A stretch of 64,000 nt of DNA, taken from positions 10,044,001-10,108,000 of the forward strand of contig OZ024753.1 of assembly GCA_964016885.1 (NCBI GenBank), given 5' to 3'. The position numbers and the translations under genes were made by a program. Below are positions 35,145 through 50,841 of the stretch, piece by piece. Source of the DNA: Eledone cirrhosa. Its lineage: Eukaryota. Within the stretch, counting starts at the first letter, position 1; each line of letters begins with the position of its first letter. The notes under the pieces are model-generated. The model saw nothing but the letters and a program-made list of their open reading frames with translations. It was not told the origin of the DNA and made no database searches.

Positions 35145-36210
35145 ATGGATTCATTGAAGCTCCGACGTCTGGCAATGGACTTGGTAAACACCCACCATGT
35201 TGTTAACCATCTCGCCAACATCAATCCTGAGCACCTTTTTGATCTCCATGTGTCTAACACACGTGGACATGCCTACAAAATCAGAAAACAGCACAGCTCC
35301 CATGACTTTCGGAAACGTTTTTTCACGCTTAGAGTTGCTGAAGCATGGAACAAACTGCCTGCGTCAGTTGTTAGCTGCCGAGACACTGCATCCTTTAAAA
35401 CCTCCATGGAACAAACTACCTGCATCAGTTGTTAGCTGTTGAGACACTGCATTCTTTAAAACCTCCATGGAATAAACTACCTGTGTCAGTTGTTAGCTGC
35501 CGAGACACTGCTTCCTTTAAAACCTCCATGGAACAAACTGCCTGCGTCAGTTGTTAGCTGCCAAGACACTGCATCCTTTAAAACCTCCATGGAACAAACT
35601 GCCTGCGTCAGTTGTTAGCTGCCGAGACACTGCATCCTTTAAAACCTCCATGGAACAAACTACCTGCATCAGTTGTTAGCTGCCGAGACACTGAATCCTT
35701 TAAAACCTCCATGGAACAAACTGCCTGCATCAGTTGTTAGCTGCCGAGACACTGCATCCTTTAAAACCTCCATGGAACAAACTGCCTGCGTCAGTTGTTA
35801 GCTGCCGAGACACTGCATCCTTTAAAACCTCCATGGAACAAACTGCCTGCGTCAGTTGTTAGCTGCCGAGACACTGCATCCTTTAAAACCTCCATGGAAC
35901 AAACTGCCTGCGTCAGTTGTTAGCTGCCGAGACACTGCATCCTTTAAAACCTCCATAGAACAAACTGCCTGCGTCAGTTGTTAGCTGCCGAGACACTGCA
36001 TCCTTTAAAACCCTCATGCTTCCCGAAATTCGCCAAAACTACACCTGATGTACCCCTTCCATACACATGCACACGTGTATATCATGACTCATGCACTGTT
36101 CATTTTCCTGACGTTTGTACATTACCCTATGTACTATACGTACACTTTTTAATGAGTTGTAGTGCACCTGAGCATTGTACACAATATTTTCATTATTATT
36201 ATTATTATTA
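35145..36210 (+). mobile_element. CR1-like LINE 3' end with internal 61-bp tandem amplification (35344-36017, about 11 copies)
   Basis: SLKLRR...DL, NTRGH, RKRFFTLRV, WNKLPASVV...FK; (ATT)n tail. Confidence 0.88.
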
Positions 36211-36720
36211 TAAATTGAACTGTTTCTGGCTTGGTTTCTACAGCTGGATGCCCTTCCTAATGCCAACCACATTTCAATGTGTGCTGTATGCTGTGTGCTG
36301 CATGCTTTTTGTTATGACTCCTACATGCCCACTTTACAGTGTGAACTGGGCGTTTTGTGTCATGTTGCCATCAGAAAAAAAAAACAGGTTATTGGTTTAT
36401 TTACAGAAAACGTGCATATAGAAAAAATAGAAAAAATGAAATTTCATTTCTCACTCTTAGTACGGCTGATACTTAAATATAAGTATGTATACGTACATAT
36501 ATATATCTATTGTCGCCACCAGTTGTGTAGGTGCTTACATATACACACACACATGCTTGCATACACACTCACACATGCTTACCGTATATACAAATATGTA
36601 AATCAGATAAAATAAAAAGCCACAACAAAACTACAAATGCCAGTTGTTAGTCACGTATGTGAGACATTATTTTCATACAATATGTCGTTATGCCTGAAGC
36701 CAGTGAAAAGGCTTTTTTAT

Positions 36721-37250
36721 CACCACCACCACCATCATCATCACCATTACCACCACCATCATTACCACCACCACCATCATCATCATCACCATTACCACCA
36801 CTATCACCACCACCATCATCATCACCATTACCACCACCATCATTACCACCACCACCACCATCATCATCATCACCATTACCACCACTATCACCACCACCAT
36901 CATCAACATTACCACCACCACTATCACCACCATCATCACCATTACCACCACTATCACCACCACCATTACCACCACCACCACCATCATCACCATTACCACC
37001 ACCACCATCATCACTATTACCACCACTATCACCAACACCATCACCACCACCACCATTACCACCACCACCATCATCACCATTACCACCACTATCACCAACA
37101 CCGTCAACATTACCACCACCACCACCACCACCACCATCACCATCATTACCACCATCGCCATCATCATTACCACCACCACCATCATCATCATCATCACCAT
37201 TACTACCATCATCATTGTCATCATCATAACCATCATCATTGTCATCATTA
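36721..37250. repeat. (CAC/CAT/TAC)n trinucleotide low-complexity tract
   Basis: Direct inspection. Confidence 0.95.
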
Positions 37251-37693
37251 TTTTACTTTTGTATATAATACCGCCGAGGTTAACTTTGCCTTTCATCCTT
37301 ACGGGGCCGATAAAATAAAGTACCAGTAATGCACTGGCTAATTGCTTGCCTTGTGCCAAACGTAGAAACAATTATTTTACTTTTGTGTTTCAAGGTTACA
37401 CAAGTTGAACTGTGCCTCATGTCTTTCTACCTGTAACCACCATCACCGTCATCATCAATGCCATCATCACCATCACTACCCCCCACCTGTATTTCAAGGT
37501 TACCATGAGTAAGATGTACCTTATGTCATCCTACCTACTGACTAGTTATTTCTCTGTTTTTGTGTGTTAAGTAATAAAATTATTAAAAGATCAACAGTTA
37601 AAAAGGTATTCACAGTAAAACAATTAACTTGTTATTTTTTAATTACATACCTTATTCCACATAGGATGTGATATAATCCATCTTGTTTTAGGT

Positions 37694-40600
37694 TTAAACC
37701 TTTAGCATATATATTACTCTATATTTTCTATTATATTTTCACAGTAAAGGCTTTACCTCACATATTTAAATCACATAATATCTCACATAACATTTACATT
37801 ACACTATATTTACTATTATATTTTCATAGTAAAAGCTTTACCTCACATATTTAAATCACATAATATCTCACATAACATTTACATTACACTATATTTACTA
37901 TTATATTTTCATAGTAAAAGCTTTACCTCACATATTTAAATCACATAATATCTCACATAACATTTACATTACACTATATTTACTATTATATTTTCATAGT
38001 AAAAGCTTTACCTCACATATTTAAATCACATAATATCTCGCATAACATTTACATTACACTATAGTTACTATTATATTTTCATAGTAAAGGCTTTACCTCA
38101 CATAATATTTACATTACTCTATAGTTACTATTATATTTTCACAGTAAAGGCTTTACCTCACATATTTAAATCACATAATATCTCACATAACATTTACATT
38201 ACACTATATTTACTATTATATTTTCACAGTAAAGGCTTTACCTCACATAATATTTACATTACTCTATATTTACTATTATATTTTCACAGTAAAGGCTTTA
38301 CCTCACATTTAAATCACATAATATCTCACATAACATTTACATTACACTATAGTTACTATTATATTTTCACAGTAAAGGCTTTACCTCACATAATATTTAC
38401 ATTACTCTATATTTACTATTATATTTTCACAGTAAAGGCTTTACCTCACATTTAAATCACATAATATCTCACATAACATTTACATTACACTATAGTTACT
38501 ATTATATTTTCACAGTAAAGGCTTTACCTCACATAATATTTACATTACTCTATATTTACTATTATATTTTCGCAGTAAAGGCTTTACCTCACATTTAAAT
38601 CACATAATATCTCACATAACATTTACATTACACTATAGTTACTATTATATTTTCACAGTAAAGGCTTTACCTCACATATTTAAATCACATAATATCTCAC
38701 ATAACATTTACATTACACTATATTTACTATTATATTTTTTACACTATATTTACTATTATATTTTCATAGTAAAGGCTTTACCTCACATATTTAAATCACA
38801 TAATATCTCACATAACATTTACATTACACTATAGTTACTATTATATTTTCACAGTAAAGGCTTTACCTCACATATTTAAATCAAATAATATCTCACATAA
38901 CATTTACATTACACTATATTTACTATTATATTTTCACAGTAAAGGCTTTACCTCACATTTAAATCACATAATATCTCACATAACATTTACATTACACTAT
39001 ATTTACTATTATATTTTCACAGTAAAGGCTTTACCTCACATTTAAATCACATAATATCTCACATAACATTTACATTACACTATATTTACTATTATATTTT
39101 CACAGTAAAGGCTTTACCACATATTTAAATCACATAATATCTCACATAACATTTACATTACACTATATTTACTATTATATTTTCACAGTAAAGGCTTTAC
39201 CTCACATATTTAAATCACATAATATCTCACATAACATTTACATTACACTATATTTACTATTATATTTTCACAGTAAAGGCTTTACCTCACATATTTAAAT
39301 CACATAATATCTCACATAACATTTACATTACACTATAGTTACTATTATATTTTCACAGTAAAGGCTTTACCTCACATATTTAAATCACATAATATCTCAC
39401 ATAACATTTACATTACACTATAGTTACTATTATATTTTCACAGTAAAGGCTTTACCTCACATATTTAAATCACATAATATCTCACATAACATTTACATTA
39501 CACTATATTTACTATTATATTTTCACAGTAAAGGCTTTACCTCACATATTTAAATCACATAATATCTCACATAACATTTACATTACACTATATTTACTAT
39601 TATATTTTTTACACTATATTTACTATTATATTTTCATAGTAAAGGCTTTACCTCACATATTTAAATCACATAATATCTCACATAACATTTACATTACACT
39701 ATATTTACTATTATATTTTCATAGTAAAGGCTTTACCTCACATATTTAAATCACATAATATCTCACATAACATTTACATTACACTATATTTACTATTATA
39801 TTTTCATAGTAAAGGCTTTACCTCACATATTTAAATCACATAATATCTCACATAACATTTACATTACACTATATTTACTATTATATTTTCACAGTAAAGG
39901 CTTTACCACATATTTAAATCACATAATATCTCACATAACATTTACATTACACTATATTTACTATTATATTTTCACAGTAAAGGCTTTACCTCACATATTT
40001 AAATCACATAATATCTCACATAACATTTACATTACACTATATTTACTATTATATTTTCACAGTAAAGGCTTTACCTCACATATTTAAATCACATAATATC
40101 TCACATAACATTTACATTACACTATAGTTACTATTATATTTTCACAGTAAAGGCTTTACCTCACATATTTAAATCACATAATATCTCACATAACATTTAC
40201 ATTACACTATAGTTACTATTATATTTTCACAGTAAAGGCTTTACCTCACATATTTAAATCACATAATATCTCACATAACATTTACATTACACTATATTTA
40301 CTATTATATTTTTTACACTATATTTACTATTATATTTTCATAGTAAAGGCTTTACCTCACATATTTAAATCACATAATATCTCACATAACATTTACATTA
40401 CACTATATTTACTATTATATTTTCATAGTAAAGGCTTTACCTAACATATTTAAATCACATAATATCTCACATAACATTTATATTACTCTATATTTACTAT
40501 TATATTTTCACAGTAAAGGCTTTACCTCACATATTTAAATCAAATAATATCTCACATAACATTTACATTACACTATATTTACTATTATATTTTCACAGTA

Positions 40601-43600
40601 AAGGCTTTACCTCACATTTAAATCACATAATATCTCACATAACATTTACATTACACTATATTTACTGTTATATTTTCACAGTAAAGGCTTTACCTCACAT
40701 ATTTAAATCACATAATATCTCACATAACATTTACATTACACTATATTTACTATTATATTTTCACAGTAAAGGCTTTACCTCACATATTTAAATCACATAA
40801 TATCTCACATAACATTTACATTACACTATATTTACTATTATATTTTCACAGTAAAGGCTTTACCTCACATTTAAATCACATAATATCTCACATAACATTT
40901 ACATTACACTATATTTACTATTATATTTTCACAGTAAAGGCTTTACCACATATTTAAATCACATAATATCTCACATAACATTTACATTACACTATATTTA
41001 CTATTATATTTTCACAGTAAAGGTTTTACCTCACATATTTAAATCACATAATATCTCACATAACATTTACATTACACTATATTTACTATTATATTTTCAC
41101 AGTAAAGGCTTTACCTCACATATTTAAATCACATAATATCTCACATAACATTTACATTACACTATAGTTACTATTATATTTTCACAGTAAAGGCTTTACC
41201 TCACATATTTAAATCACATAATATCTCACATAACATTTACATTACACTATAGTTACTATTATATTTTCACAGTAAAGGCTTTACCTCACATATTTAAATC
41301 ACATAATATCTCACATAACATTTACATTACACTATATTTACTATTATATTTTCACAGTAAAGGCTTTACCTCACATATTTAAATCACATAATATCTCACA
41401 TAACATTTACATTACACTATATTTACTGTTATATTTTCACAGTAAAGGCTTTACCTCACATATTTAAATCACATAATATCTCACATAACATTTACATTAC
41501 ACTATATTTACTATTATATTTTCACAGTAAAGGATTTACCTCACATATTTAAATCACATAATATCTCACATAACATTTACATTACACTATATTTACTATT
41601 ATATTTTCACAGTAAAGGCTTTACCTCACATTTAAATCACATAATATCTCACATAACATTTACATTACACTATATTTACTATTATATTTTCACAGTAAAG
41701 GCTTTACCACATATTTAAATCACATAATATCTCACATAACATTTACATTACACTATATTTACTATTATATTTTCACAGTAAAGGCTTTACCTCACATATT
41801 TAAATCACATAATATCTCGCATAACATTTACATTACACTATATTTACTATTATATTTTTTACACTATATTTACTATTATATTTTCATAGTAAAGGCTTTA
41901 CCTCACATATTTAAATCACATAATATCTCACATAACATTTACATTACACTATATTTACTATTATATTTTCATAGTAAAGGCTTTACCTCACATATTTAAA
42001 TCACATAATATCTCACATAACATTTACATTACACTATATTTACTATTATATTTTCACAGTAAAGGATTTACCTCACATATTTAAATCACATAATATCTCA
42101 CATAACATTTACATTACACTATATTTACTATTATATTTTCACAGTAAAGGCTTTACCTCACATTTAAATCACATAATATCTCACATAACATTTACATTAC
42201 ACTATATTTACTATTATATTTTCACAGTAAAGGCTTTACCACATATTTAAATCACATAATATCTCACATAACATTTACATTACACTATATTTACTATTAT
42301 ATTTTCACAGTAAAGGCTTTACCTCACATATTTAAATCACATAATATCTCGCATAACATTTACATTACACTATATTTACTATTATATTTTTTACACTATA
42401 TTTACTATTATATTTTCATAGTAAAGGCTTTACCTCACATATTTAAATCACATAATATCTCACATAACATTTACATTACACTATATTTACTATTATATTT
42501 TCATAGTAAAGGCTTTACCTCACATATTTAAATCACATAATATCTCACATAACATTTACATTACACTATAGTTACTATTATATTTTCACAGTAAAGGCTT
42601 TACCTCACATATTTAAATCACATAATATCTCACATAACATTTACATTACACTATATTTACTATTATATTTTTTACACTATATTTACTATTATATTTTCAT
42701 AGTAAAGGCTTTACCTCACATATTTAAATCACATAATATCTCACATAACATTTACATTACACTATATTTACTATTATATTTTCATAGTAAAGGCTTTACC
42801 TCACATATTTAAATCACATAATATCTCACATAACATTTACATTACACTATAGTTACTATTATATTTTCACAGTAAAGGCTTTACCTCACATATTTAAATC
42901 ACATAATATCTCACATAACATTTATATTACTCTATATTTACTATTATATTTTCACAGTAAAGGCTTTACCTCACATATTTAAATCAAATAATATCTCACA
43001 TAACATTTACATTACACTATATTTACTATTATATTTTCACAGTAAAGGCTTTACCTCACATATTTAAATCACATAATATCTCACATAACATTTACATTAC
43101 ACTATATTTACTGTTATATTTTCACAGTAAAGGCTTTACCTCACATATTTAAATCACATAATATCTCACATAACATTTACATTACACTATATTTACTATT
43201 ATATTTTCACAGTAAAGGCTTTACCTCACATATTTAAATCACATAATATCTCACATAACATTTACATTACACTATATTTACTATTATATTTTCACAGTAA
43301 AGGCTTTACCTCACATTTAAATCACATAATATCTCACATAACATTTACATTGCACTATATTTACTATTATATTTTCACAGTAAAGGCTTTACCACATATT
43401 TAAATCACATAATATCTCACATAACATTTACATTACACTATATTTACTATTATATTTTCACAGTAAAGGCTTTACCTCACATATTTAAATCACATAATAT
43501 CTCACATAACATTTACATTACACTATATTTACTATTATATTTTCATAGTAAAGGCTTTACCTCACATATTTAAATCACATAATATCTCACATAACATTTA

Positions 43601-44451
43601 CATTACACTATATTTACTATTATATTTTCATAGTAAAGGCTTTACCTCACATATTTAAATCACATAATATCTCACATAACATTTACATTACACTATATTT
43701 ACTATTATATTTTCATAGTAAAGGCTTTACCTCACATATTTAAATCACATAATATCTCACATAACATTTACATTACACTATATTTACTATTATATTTTCA
43801 TAGTAAAGGCTTTACCTCACATATTTAAATCACATAATATCTCACATAATATTTACATTACACTATATTTACTATTATATTTTCACAGTAAAGGCTTTAC
43901 CTCACATATTTAAATCACATAATATCTCACATAACATTTACATTACACTATATTTACTATTATATTTTCATAGTAAAGGCTTTACCTCACATATTTAAAT
44001 CACATAATATCTCACATAACATTTACATTACACTATATTTACTATTATATTTTCATAGTAAAGGCTTTACCTCACATATTTAAATCACATAATATCTCAC
44101 ATAACATTTACATTACACTATATTTACTATTATATTTTCATAGTAAAGGCTTTACCTCACATATTTAAATCACATAATATCTCACATAATATTTACATTA
44201 CACTATAGTTGCTATTATAGTTTCATAGTAAATGCTTTCTTCACATAATTATCTCACATAATATCTCATGACATTTACATTACTAATAGTGAAGGCTTTA
44301 CCTCACATAATATTGAATCTATGAGATTTTGATATTATTTATTTTGAGAATACCTTAACATCAGTATGAGAAGCCAGTTATGGCTGGTTTGAACAGAAAG
44401 AAGTGAGAGAATTCCAGCCGGATGTGGCCGGTTTAAATGCTAAAGGGTTAA
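37694..44451. repeat. 85-bp satellite (about 6.6 kb) lying inside one piggyBac-type MITE
   Basis: Unit CATTTACATTACACTATATTTACTATTATATTTTCACAGTAAAGGCTTTACCTCACATATTTAAATCACATAATATCTCACATAA matches the MITE left part; left TIR at 37694; MITE right half and TIR at 44300-44451. Confidence 0.93.
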
Positions 44452-44469
44452 ACATATTGTACCACAATG

Positions 44470-44915
44470 AAGATGGTGTTCAGGTAAAACCCACCTGAAT
44501 GGAGAGAACACCTGACTGACCTATATTTGATTTAATGGAGCTGGTCTGAGATGGTGTTCAGGTAAAACCCACCTGAATGGAGAGAACACCTGACTGAGCG
44601 ATATTTGATTTAATGGAGCTGGTCTGAGATGGTGTTCAGGTAAAACCCACGTGAATGGAGAGAACATCTGACTGAGCGATATTTGATTTAATGGAGCTGG
44701 TCTGAGATGGTGTTCAGGTAAAACCCACCTGAATGGAGAGAACATCTGACTGAGCGATATTTGATTTAATGGAGCTGGTCTGAGATGGTGTTCAGGTAAA
44801 ACCCACGTGAATGGAGAGAACATCTGACTGACCTATATTTGATTTAATGGAGCTGGTCTGAGATGGTGTTCAGGTAAAAATTTACCTGAATGGAGAGAAC
44901 ATCTGACTGAGCTAT
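44470..44915. repeat. 78-bp tandem repeat, about 5.7 copies
   Basis: GAGATGGTGTTCAGGTAAAACCCACCTGAATGGAGAGAAC...GGAGCTGGTCT. Confidence 0.93.
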
Positions 44916-45077
44916 ATCATAACATAATAAAGGGAGGAGTGCGGGACTGTCCTGAATATATTTTTTATCCCATTAGTAAAATAAGTTGGATTACTTTGAA
45001 TAAATAATGAATGAATATTACATAATTTATGTACTAAATATTGTAGCTGTTGATTAAAGATAAATATTCTTATGATA

Positions 45078-45289
45078 CAGGGCGTTTCAAAAAATTTGAT
45101 ATCAACGGCCTGTTCCCAAGGTTGTCACATTGAAATATATAGTGTGAATTAATGTTATAACGTGGACATGTTTTGAGGAATAAATATTGTGTTACTCAAC
45201 AAGGAGCCTGCTTAGTCTCATTGTCCTAGACTTTGTAGTTTCTGGTATATTTACATCTCAAATGATATTACATTTTTTGAAACACCCTG
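45078..45289. mobile_element. Tc1/mariner-type MITE
   Basis: TA-CAGGGCGTTTCAAAAAAT ... ATTTTTTGAAACACCCTG-TA. Confidence 0.82.
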
Positions 45290-45810
45290 TATAATGATTG
45301 CTTATTTTAAGATTCACTTCTTTTAAAATTTTCAAATGTCAATACTTCCGGTTATGATATAACGGACACTATATCATATCACTTATATAAATGTTCATAT
45401 ATTTGCATCATTATATCACAACATTTATATTTCCATCGCTTACTTTCTCTTTTTTCGTTTTCATTACATTTCACCGTAATGTAGTTTATATATAATGTTG
45501 ACTTTTTAAAATGTATTTGTGTATATATCTGAATGTATCTGTGTATGGAGTGTATCTGTGTATATATATACCTCTGTATGGAGTGTATCTGTGTATATAT
45601 ACCTCTGTATGGAGTCTTTGTACAATTAGACATGCAATATGATATTTGCTTGTTTATTAATTTTGTCAATTTTGTGTCATTGACAAAACATAATGTGTCA
45701 CCAAAAATATATCTTTAAAAAGTGTGTCACCAATGTGGAAAACATTCTAGAATTCTCTGGCTTTAGGAGACACTGAACGGGGATAGTCTTGCATACACAC
45801 ACACATACCA

Positions 45811-45841
<31 letters not shown>

Positions 45842-48059
45842 ATCTCTCTCTCTCACACACACTGTCTCTCTCCCCCTCCTCTACATTAATATGGTGTTTA
45901 AGCTAAACTAAAACTGTATTTTTTTCTTTTAACACAAGTGGGAACATTTCTCACTTGTGTTCCAAAATTTTCTCTAAAATACCACACAAACAAACAAACC
46001 CAAAATAAATCCAGATCACATTTCTGTCCATTTCATGGACCTAAAAGTACAAGAACTAAGCCAGCCCTGTTGAGATTTTAACTGGGAATTATAAGACACT
46101 GAGTAGTCTAGAATAATAATGCTATATATACCAATATAACTGACACCATTAGCTCTTGTGCTAATTTTTACTTAATCTAAATCAGCTGAATGTGATTAAG
46201 AGCAGAGCTTTAAAACTGAATATCTGTTCTACTTGAAAAAAAAAAAAAGAAAGAATTTGGTGATGTAGAAGTGAGGTGATACTGCTAAATTTAGTTTTTA
46301 AATTTAGGACAACCATTTCACAATCACCTTTTGAACTCTTTAAAACCATTGTGATGAGGAAACAAAGTTCAGTGTGTCTTTTATCCCTAAGGAAGTTATA
46401 TTTTGTTTTGTTTTTATTATTTCTTTTCCCAGTTATCTTGTCCACGATGAATTTATCATTATTGATAATGTTATCTATTTGTAGTATGAGCTTACTGACT
46501 AAAACTATTGATCATACTATAAACCAATCACAAAACCGTCACGTTAGACGTGAGGAATTTTTACTTACATTCAAATTTTGAAATTCATCAGCAGTCAAAG
46601 CTTCTAAAATTCACAAAAAAAAAAAAAAATCTAAGAATAAAAAAGAGCCCCTAAAAATTTATTAAATTATTTTAAGACAAAAGATGTAATTTAATTTTGC
46701 GATATGTGGAGAGATTTTTTTCTTATTGTGTCCACAAGAGTGTCAGCTACAAAGCTTAGTTAGATGGGGTTATACCACAGCTGAACACATTGCTGTCCTT
46801 TCTCATTAAACTCTGCCAAGTCCAATGCTGTGCAGGGGTGTTCCAGGAGGTGCTGCGTAGTCTGTGGTTCGATGAACTCGGATCATAAAGGGACGTAACT
46901 ATGCTGGAAAGCATGTCCGACCCTCTACCAATTCTGCCAATCCACCAATGGTTACTGACAAGCTGTGATGCTGGTACAGATATTTTCATAACTTAGATAA
47001 AGCATCACATTTGTGGCATGTCTCCAACAGAAAGGCTACACAAAGAGACAAGGTAGCAAAAGAGCTTATTATTATTAGGGTGGTGGGTTGGCAGTATCGG
47101 TAGAGCGTGAGACGCCATGCTTTGCAGCATAGAGTTACGCCCCTTTACATTCAAATCCTACTGAGGTTAACTTTGCCTTTCATCCTTATGGAGTCGATAA
47201 AATAAAGTACCAGTAACATACTGGAGTCGATTTAGTAAAACTTTCCCCTCCCACAAAATTGCTAGCCTTGTGCTTTGCTTTTCATCCTACGGGGTTGATA
47301 AAATAAAGTACCAGTAATGTACTGGGTAATTGCTGGCCTTGTGCTAAAAGTAGTAACAATTATTATTAATATTAAGGCGGTGGATTGGCAGTATCGGTAG
47401 AGCATCAGATGCCATGCTTTGCAGCACATAGTTGCGCCCCCTTACGTTCTGAGTTCAAATCCCGCCGAGGTTAGCTTTACCTTTCATCCTTATGGGGTCG
47501 ATAAAAATAATGTACCAGTAATGCAGTGGGGTTGATTTAATCAACTTTTCCCTCTCCCTCAAGTTTGCTGTATCCGGTCAGAATTCTCTCACTTCTTTCA
47601 GTTCAAACCGGCCGTAACTGGCCACTCATGCTGATGGCAAGGTATTGTTCTCAAAATAAATTATATCAATATCCCATAGATTCAATATTATGTGAGATAA
47701 AAAGTCTTTATCATGAAAATACAACAGTAAATATTTAGTAATGTAAATGCTAAAGTGTTAACAAAGCCTAAGCAAAAAATTAAATAATAAAAAAAAAAAA
47801 AGGATAATTTTTCTCTCTTTACCTCTTCAGCTTCTGAAAAAAAAATTAAGACATTGTGTACTGTGATATAATAAATTGCTTAATTAGAACAAGGAACTAA
47901 AGTCAAAATTAGTAGACTAATTAAATACATGTTTGACAGCTTGTAGCTACTAATTGCCAATGACTAACTAAATCAATTAGTTGGATACAAATAGCCAGAC
48001 ACTAAGACTAGAGTTGGTCACTAACAATAGATCAATGTAAATGAAATAGACAAACTAGA

Positions 48060-48920
48060 GTGGTGGTGGTGTGATGATGATGGTGTGATGGTGGCCGTGG
48101 TGGTGGCGGTGTGATGGTTGTGGTGGTGGTGGTGGTGGTGTGATGGTGGTTGTGGTGGTGGTGTGATGGTGGTAGTGGTGGTGGTGGTCGTGGTCATGGT
48201 GGTGGTGTGATGGTGGTGGTGGTGGTGTGATGGTGGTGGTGGTAGTAGTGGTGTAATGGTGGTGGTGATAGTAGTGGTGTGATGGTGGTGGTCGTGGTCA
48301 TGGTGGTAGTGGTGGTGGTGGTGGTGGTGGTGGTGGTGGTGGTAGTAGTGGTGGTGGTGGTGGTGTAATGGTGGTGGTGGTAGTAGTGGTGTGGTGGTGG
48401 TGGTAGTGTGATGGTGGTAGTGGTGTTGTTGCTGTTGCAGTTATATCCTCTTAAATATTTCATAGCAATCCATACATACACTCCACAGATGCACACTTCC
48501 CTCACATACACACCCACACTCTCCACATACACACCCACACCCACCAACTGCACACACTCACACACATACACATTCCACACTTCATACACACTCACACAAA
48601 TACACTCACACACACAACACTCCACACACATTCACACTTCACACACACACACACACATACTCCAGACACACACACACATACTACCACACACACTACACAC
48701 ACACACACACATACTACACACATACTCCAGACACACACACATACTCCAGACACACACACACACTCAACACACACATCACACATCACACACACTCCACACA
48801 CTCACATTACACACACACTCCACACACTCACATTACACACACACTCCACACTCACATTACACACACACTCCACACTCACATCACACACACACACACACAC
48901 TGACAGGTATACACATACAC
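48060..48920. repeat. (GGT)n tract followed by a CA-rich tract
   Basis: Direct inspection. Confidence 0.93.
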
Positions 48921-49123
48921 TCACTGGTACTTTGATTTATACAAAATGTCTTATTTTTAAGTGCTCATATTTATATTAAGCCTTCCATATGGGAGGGGAA
49001 GAGAAATCCTTTTATGTTCCAAATAGTATCTCAATAATGACTTAAGTTATTTTACAAAGACTGGCAGGTAAAAATCCCTCAATAACAAGCCACCTGAAAC
49101 CCTCCCTGTTTCTTCTGTTTAAT

Positions 49124-49348
49124 TTAACCCTTTAGCATTTACATTACTCAGTATTTACTATTGTATTTTTGAGGTAAAGGCTTTATCTCACATAGTTATC
49201 TCACATAATATCAAATCTATGAGATTTCGATATTTATTTTGAGAGCAATACCTTAACATCAATATGAGTGGTCAGTTACAGCAGGTTTGAACAGAAGAGG
49301 TGAGACAATTCTGGCCAGAAATGGCTGGTTTAAATTCTAAAGGGTTAA
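49124..49348. mobile_element. piggyBac-type MITE copy
   Basis: TTAA-flanked with both TIRs. Confidence 0.85.
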
Positions 49349-49364
49349 AGAGTTAATATATAAA

Positions 49365-49688
49365 TCATCATCATCATCATTTCATTTTACGTCCGCTTTT
49401 TACCTGCTTGCAAGGGTGGGACGGGAACTGATACTGGCTTGATTTCTACAGCTGGATGCCCTTCCTAACACCAACCTCATTTACAGTGAGTGCTGGGTGC
49501 TTTTTTGCCGTGGTACCTCCACGACCACTTTGCAGTCCCTATCATCTCATTTCTACAGCTGAGTAAACTGGAGCAATGTGAAATAAAGTGTCTTGCTCAA
49601 GGAAACAACACATCACCCAGTCTGAGAATTGAACTCACAACCTTTCGATTGCAAGGCCAATGCTCTAACCACTAAGCCATGTGCCTCC
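49365..49688 (-). mobile_element. SINE family 1 copy
   Basis: As 2265-2599. Confidence 0.9.
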
Positions 49689-50841
49689 ACTATATTTTAT
49701 ATAAGACCTTTTTATTAAGTTAAATATCAGCTGGAACCTTTTAGCATTTTCATTTCTCTATTGCTCTATATATACTATTGATTTTTGTGGTAAAGGCTTT
49801 ACCTCACATAATTATCTCACATAATATTGAATCTATGAAATTTCGATATTATTTATTTTGAGAGTAATACCTTAATATCAGTATGAGTGGCCAGTTGGAA
49901 CAGAAAGAGGTGAGAGAGTTTTGGCCGGATACGACTGGCGTAACCCTTCATTTATATTACTCTATATTTACTATTGTATTTTTACGGTAAAGGCTTTATC
50001 TCACATAATTTTGAATCTATGAGATTTTGATATTATTTATTTGAGAACAATACCTTCATGTCACTATGTTTGGCTGGTTACAACCGGTTTAAACAGAAAG
50101 AGGTGAGAGAATTCTGGCCAGACACAGCCGCTTTAAATGCTAAAGGGTTAAAGGATAACTAAAATCTCAATTTTGACCCATAGTCATACTATCTATAGCT
50201 GTTGAACCAATCTCTTGTCATATTCTCTTAGGTCTGTGTACCTAGTCATATCTCTTGGGGTCTGTGGTACCTAGTCATACTCTCTTGGGTCTGTGGTACC
50301 TAGTCATACTCTTGGGTCTGTGGTACCTAGTCATACTCTCTTGGGTCTGTGGTACCTAGTCATACAATCTTTGGCTTTGGGGAACAAAAGGTGTCCAGTT
50401 GTTAAAAAAATTCTAACTAACCTTTTCTTTTTTGGCTGAACATTCATAGTCAACTTAACTCTGCCAATTGAAAGATAACCAATTGAATATTTAGAAACAA
50501 CTCACAATGTTCCAGATATGCAGATCTATAAATTATCAGCCTGTTGGTTTCTGTCAAACATCGTATAATGTTTAAAAACTCTAGCTGTGACCATTTTGTA
50601 TTTATCATGAACCTTGTTGTTTTAAGATTTATCACTTAAAACCTGATCTCTTTGTTGAAGGTGGTGAGAAAGTTGTAGATTTGAGTTGGTGTTTGTTTCT
50701 CAGGTTTTATGGTTTGTACATATATTTGATGTAACATTTGTAAAGCAGGGCAAACAGGTGTTTAATTGAGTTGATGAATTACTGTGTTGTTCTGTTGTGT
50801 TAATAGTTAATGAGTTTTCAGTTATTAACATTTATGAATAA

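Noticed and set aside
36637-37371. His-rich, Pro/Ser-rich and Val/Met-rich ORFs
   Set aside because: Trinucleotide low-complexity tract open in several frames; no splice context; ends in a SINE
44521-44823. 26-aa repeat ORF
   Set aside because: 78-bp unit is a multiple of 3 by chance; a unit variant introduces a stop; antisense to the host gene
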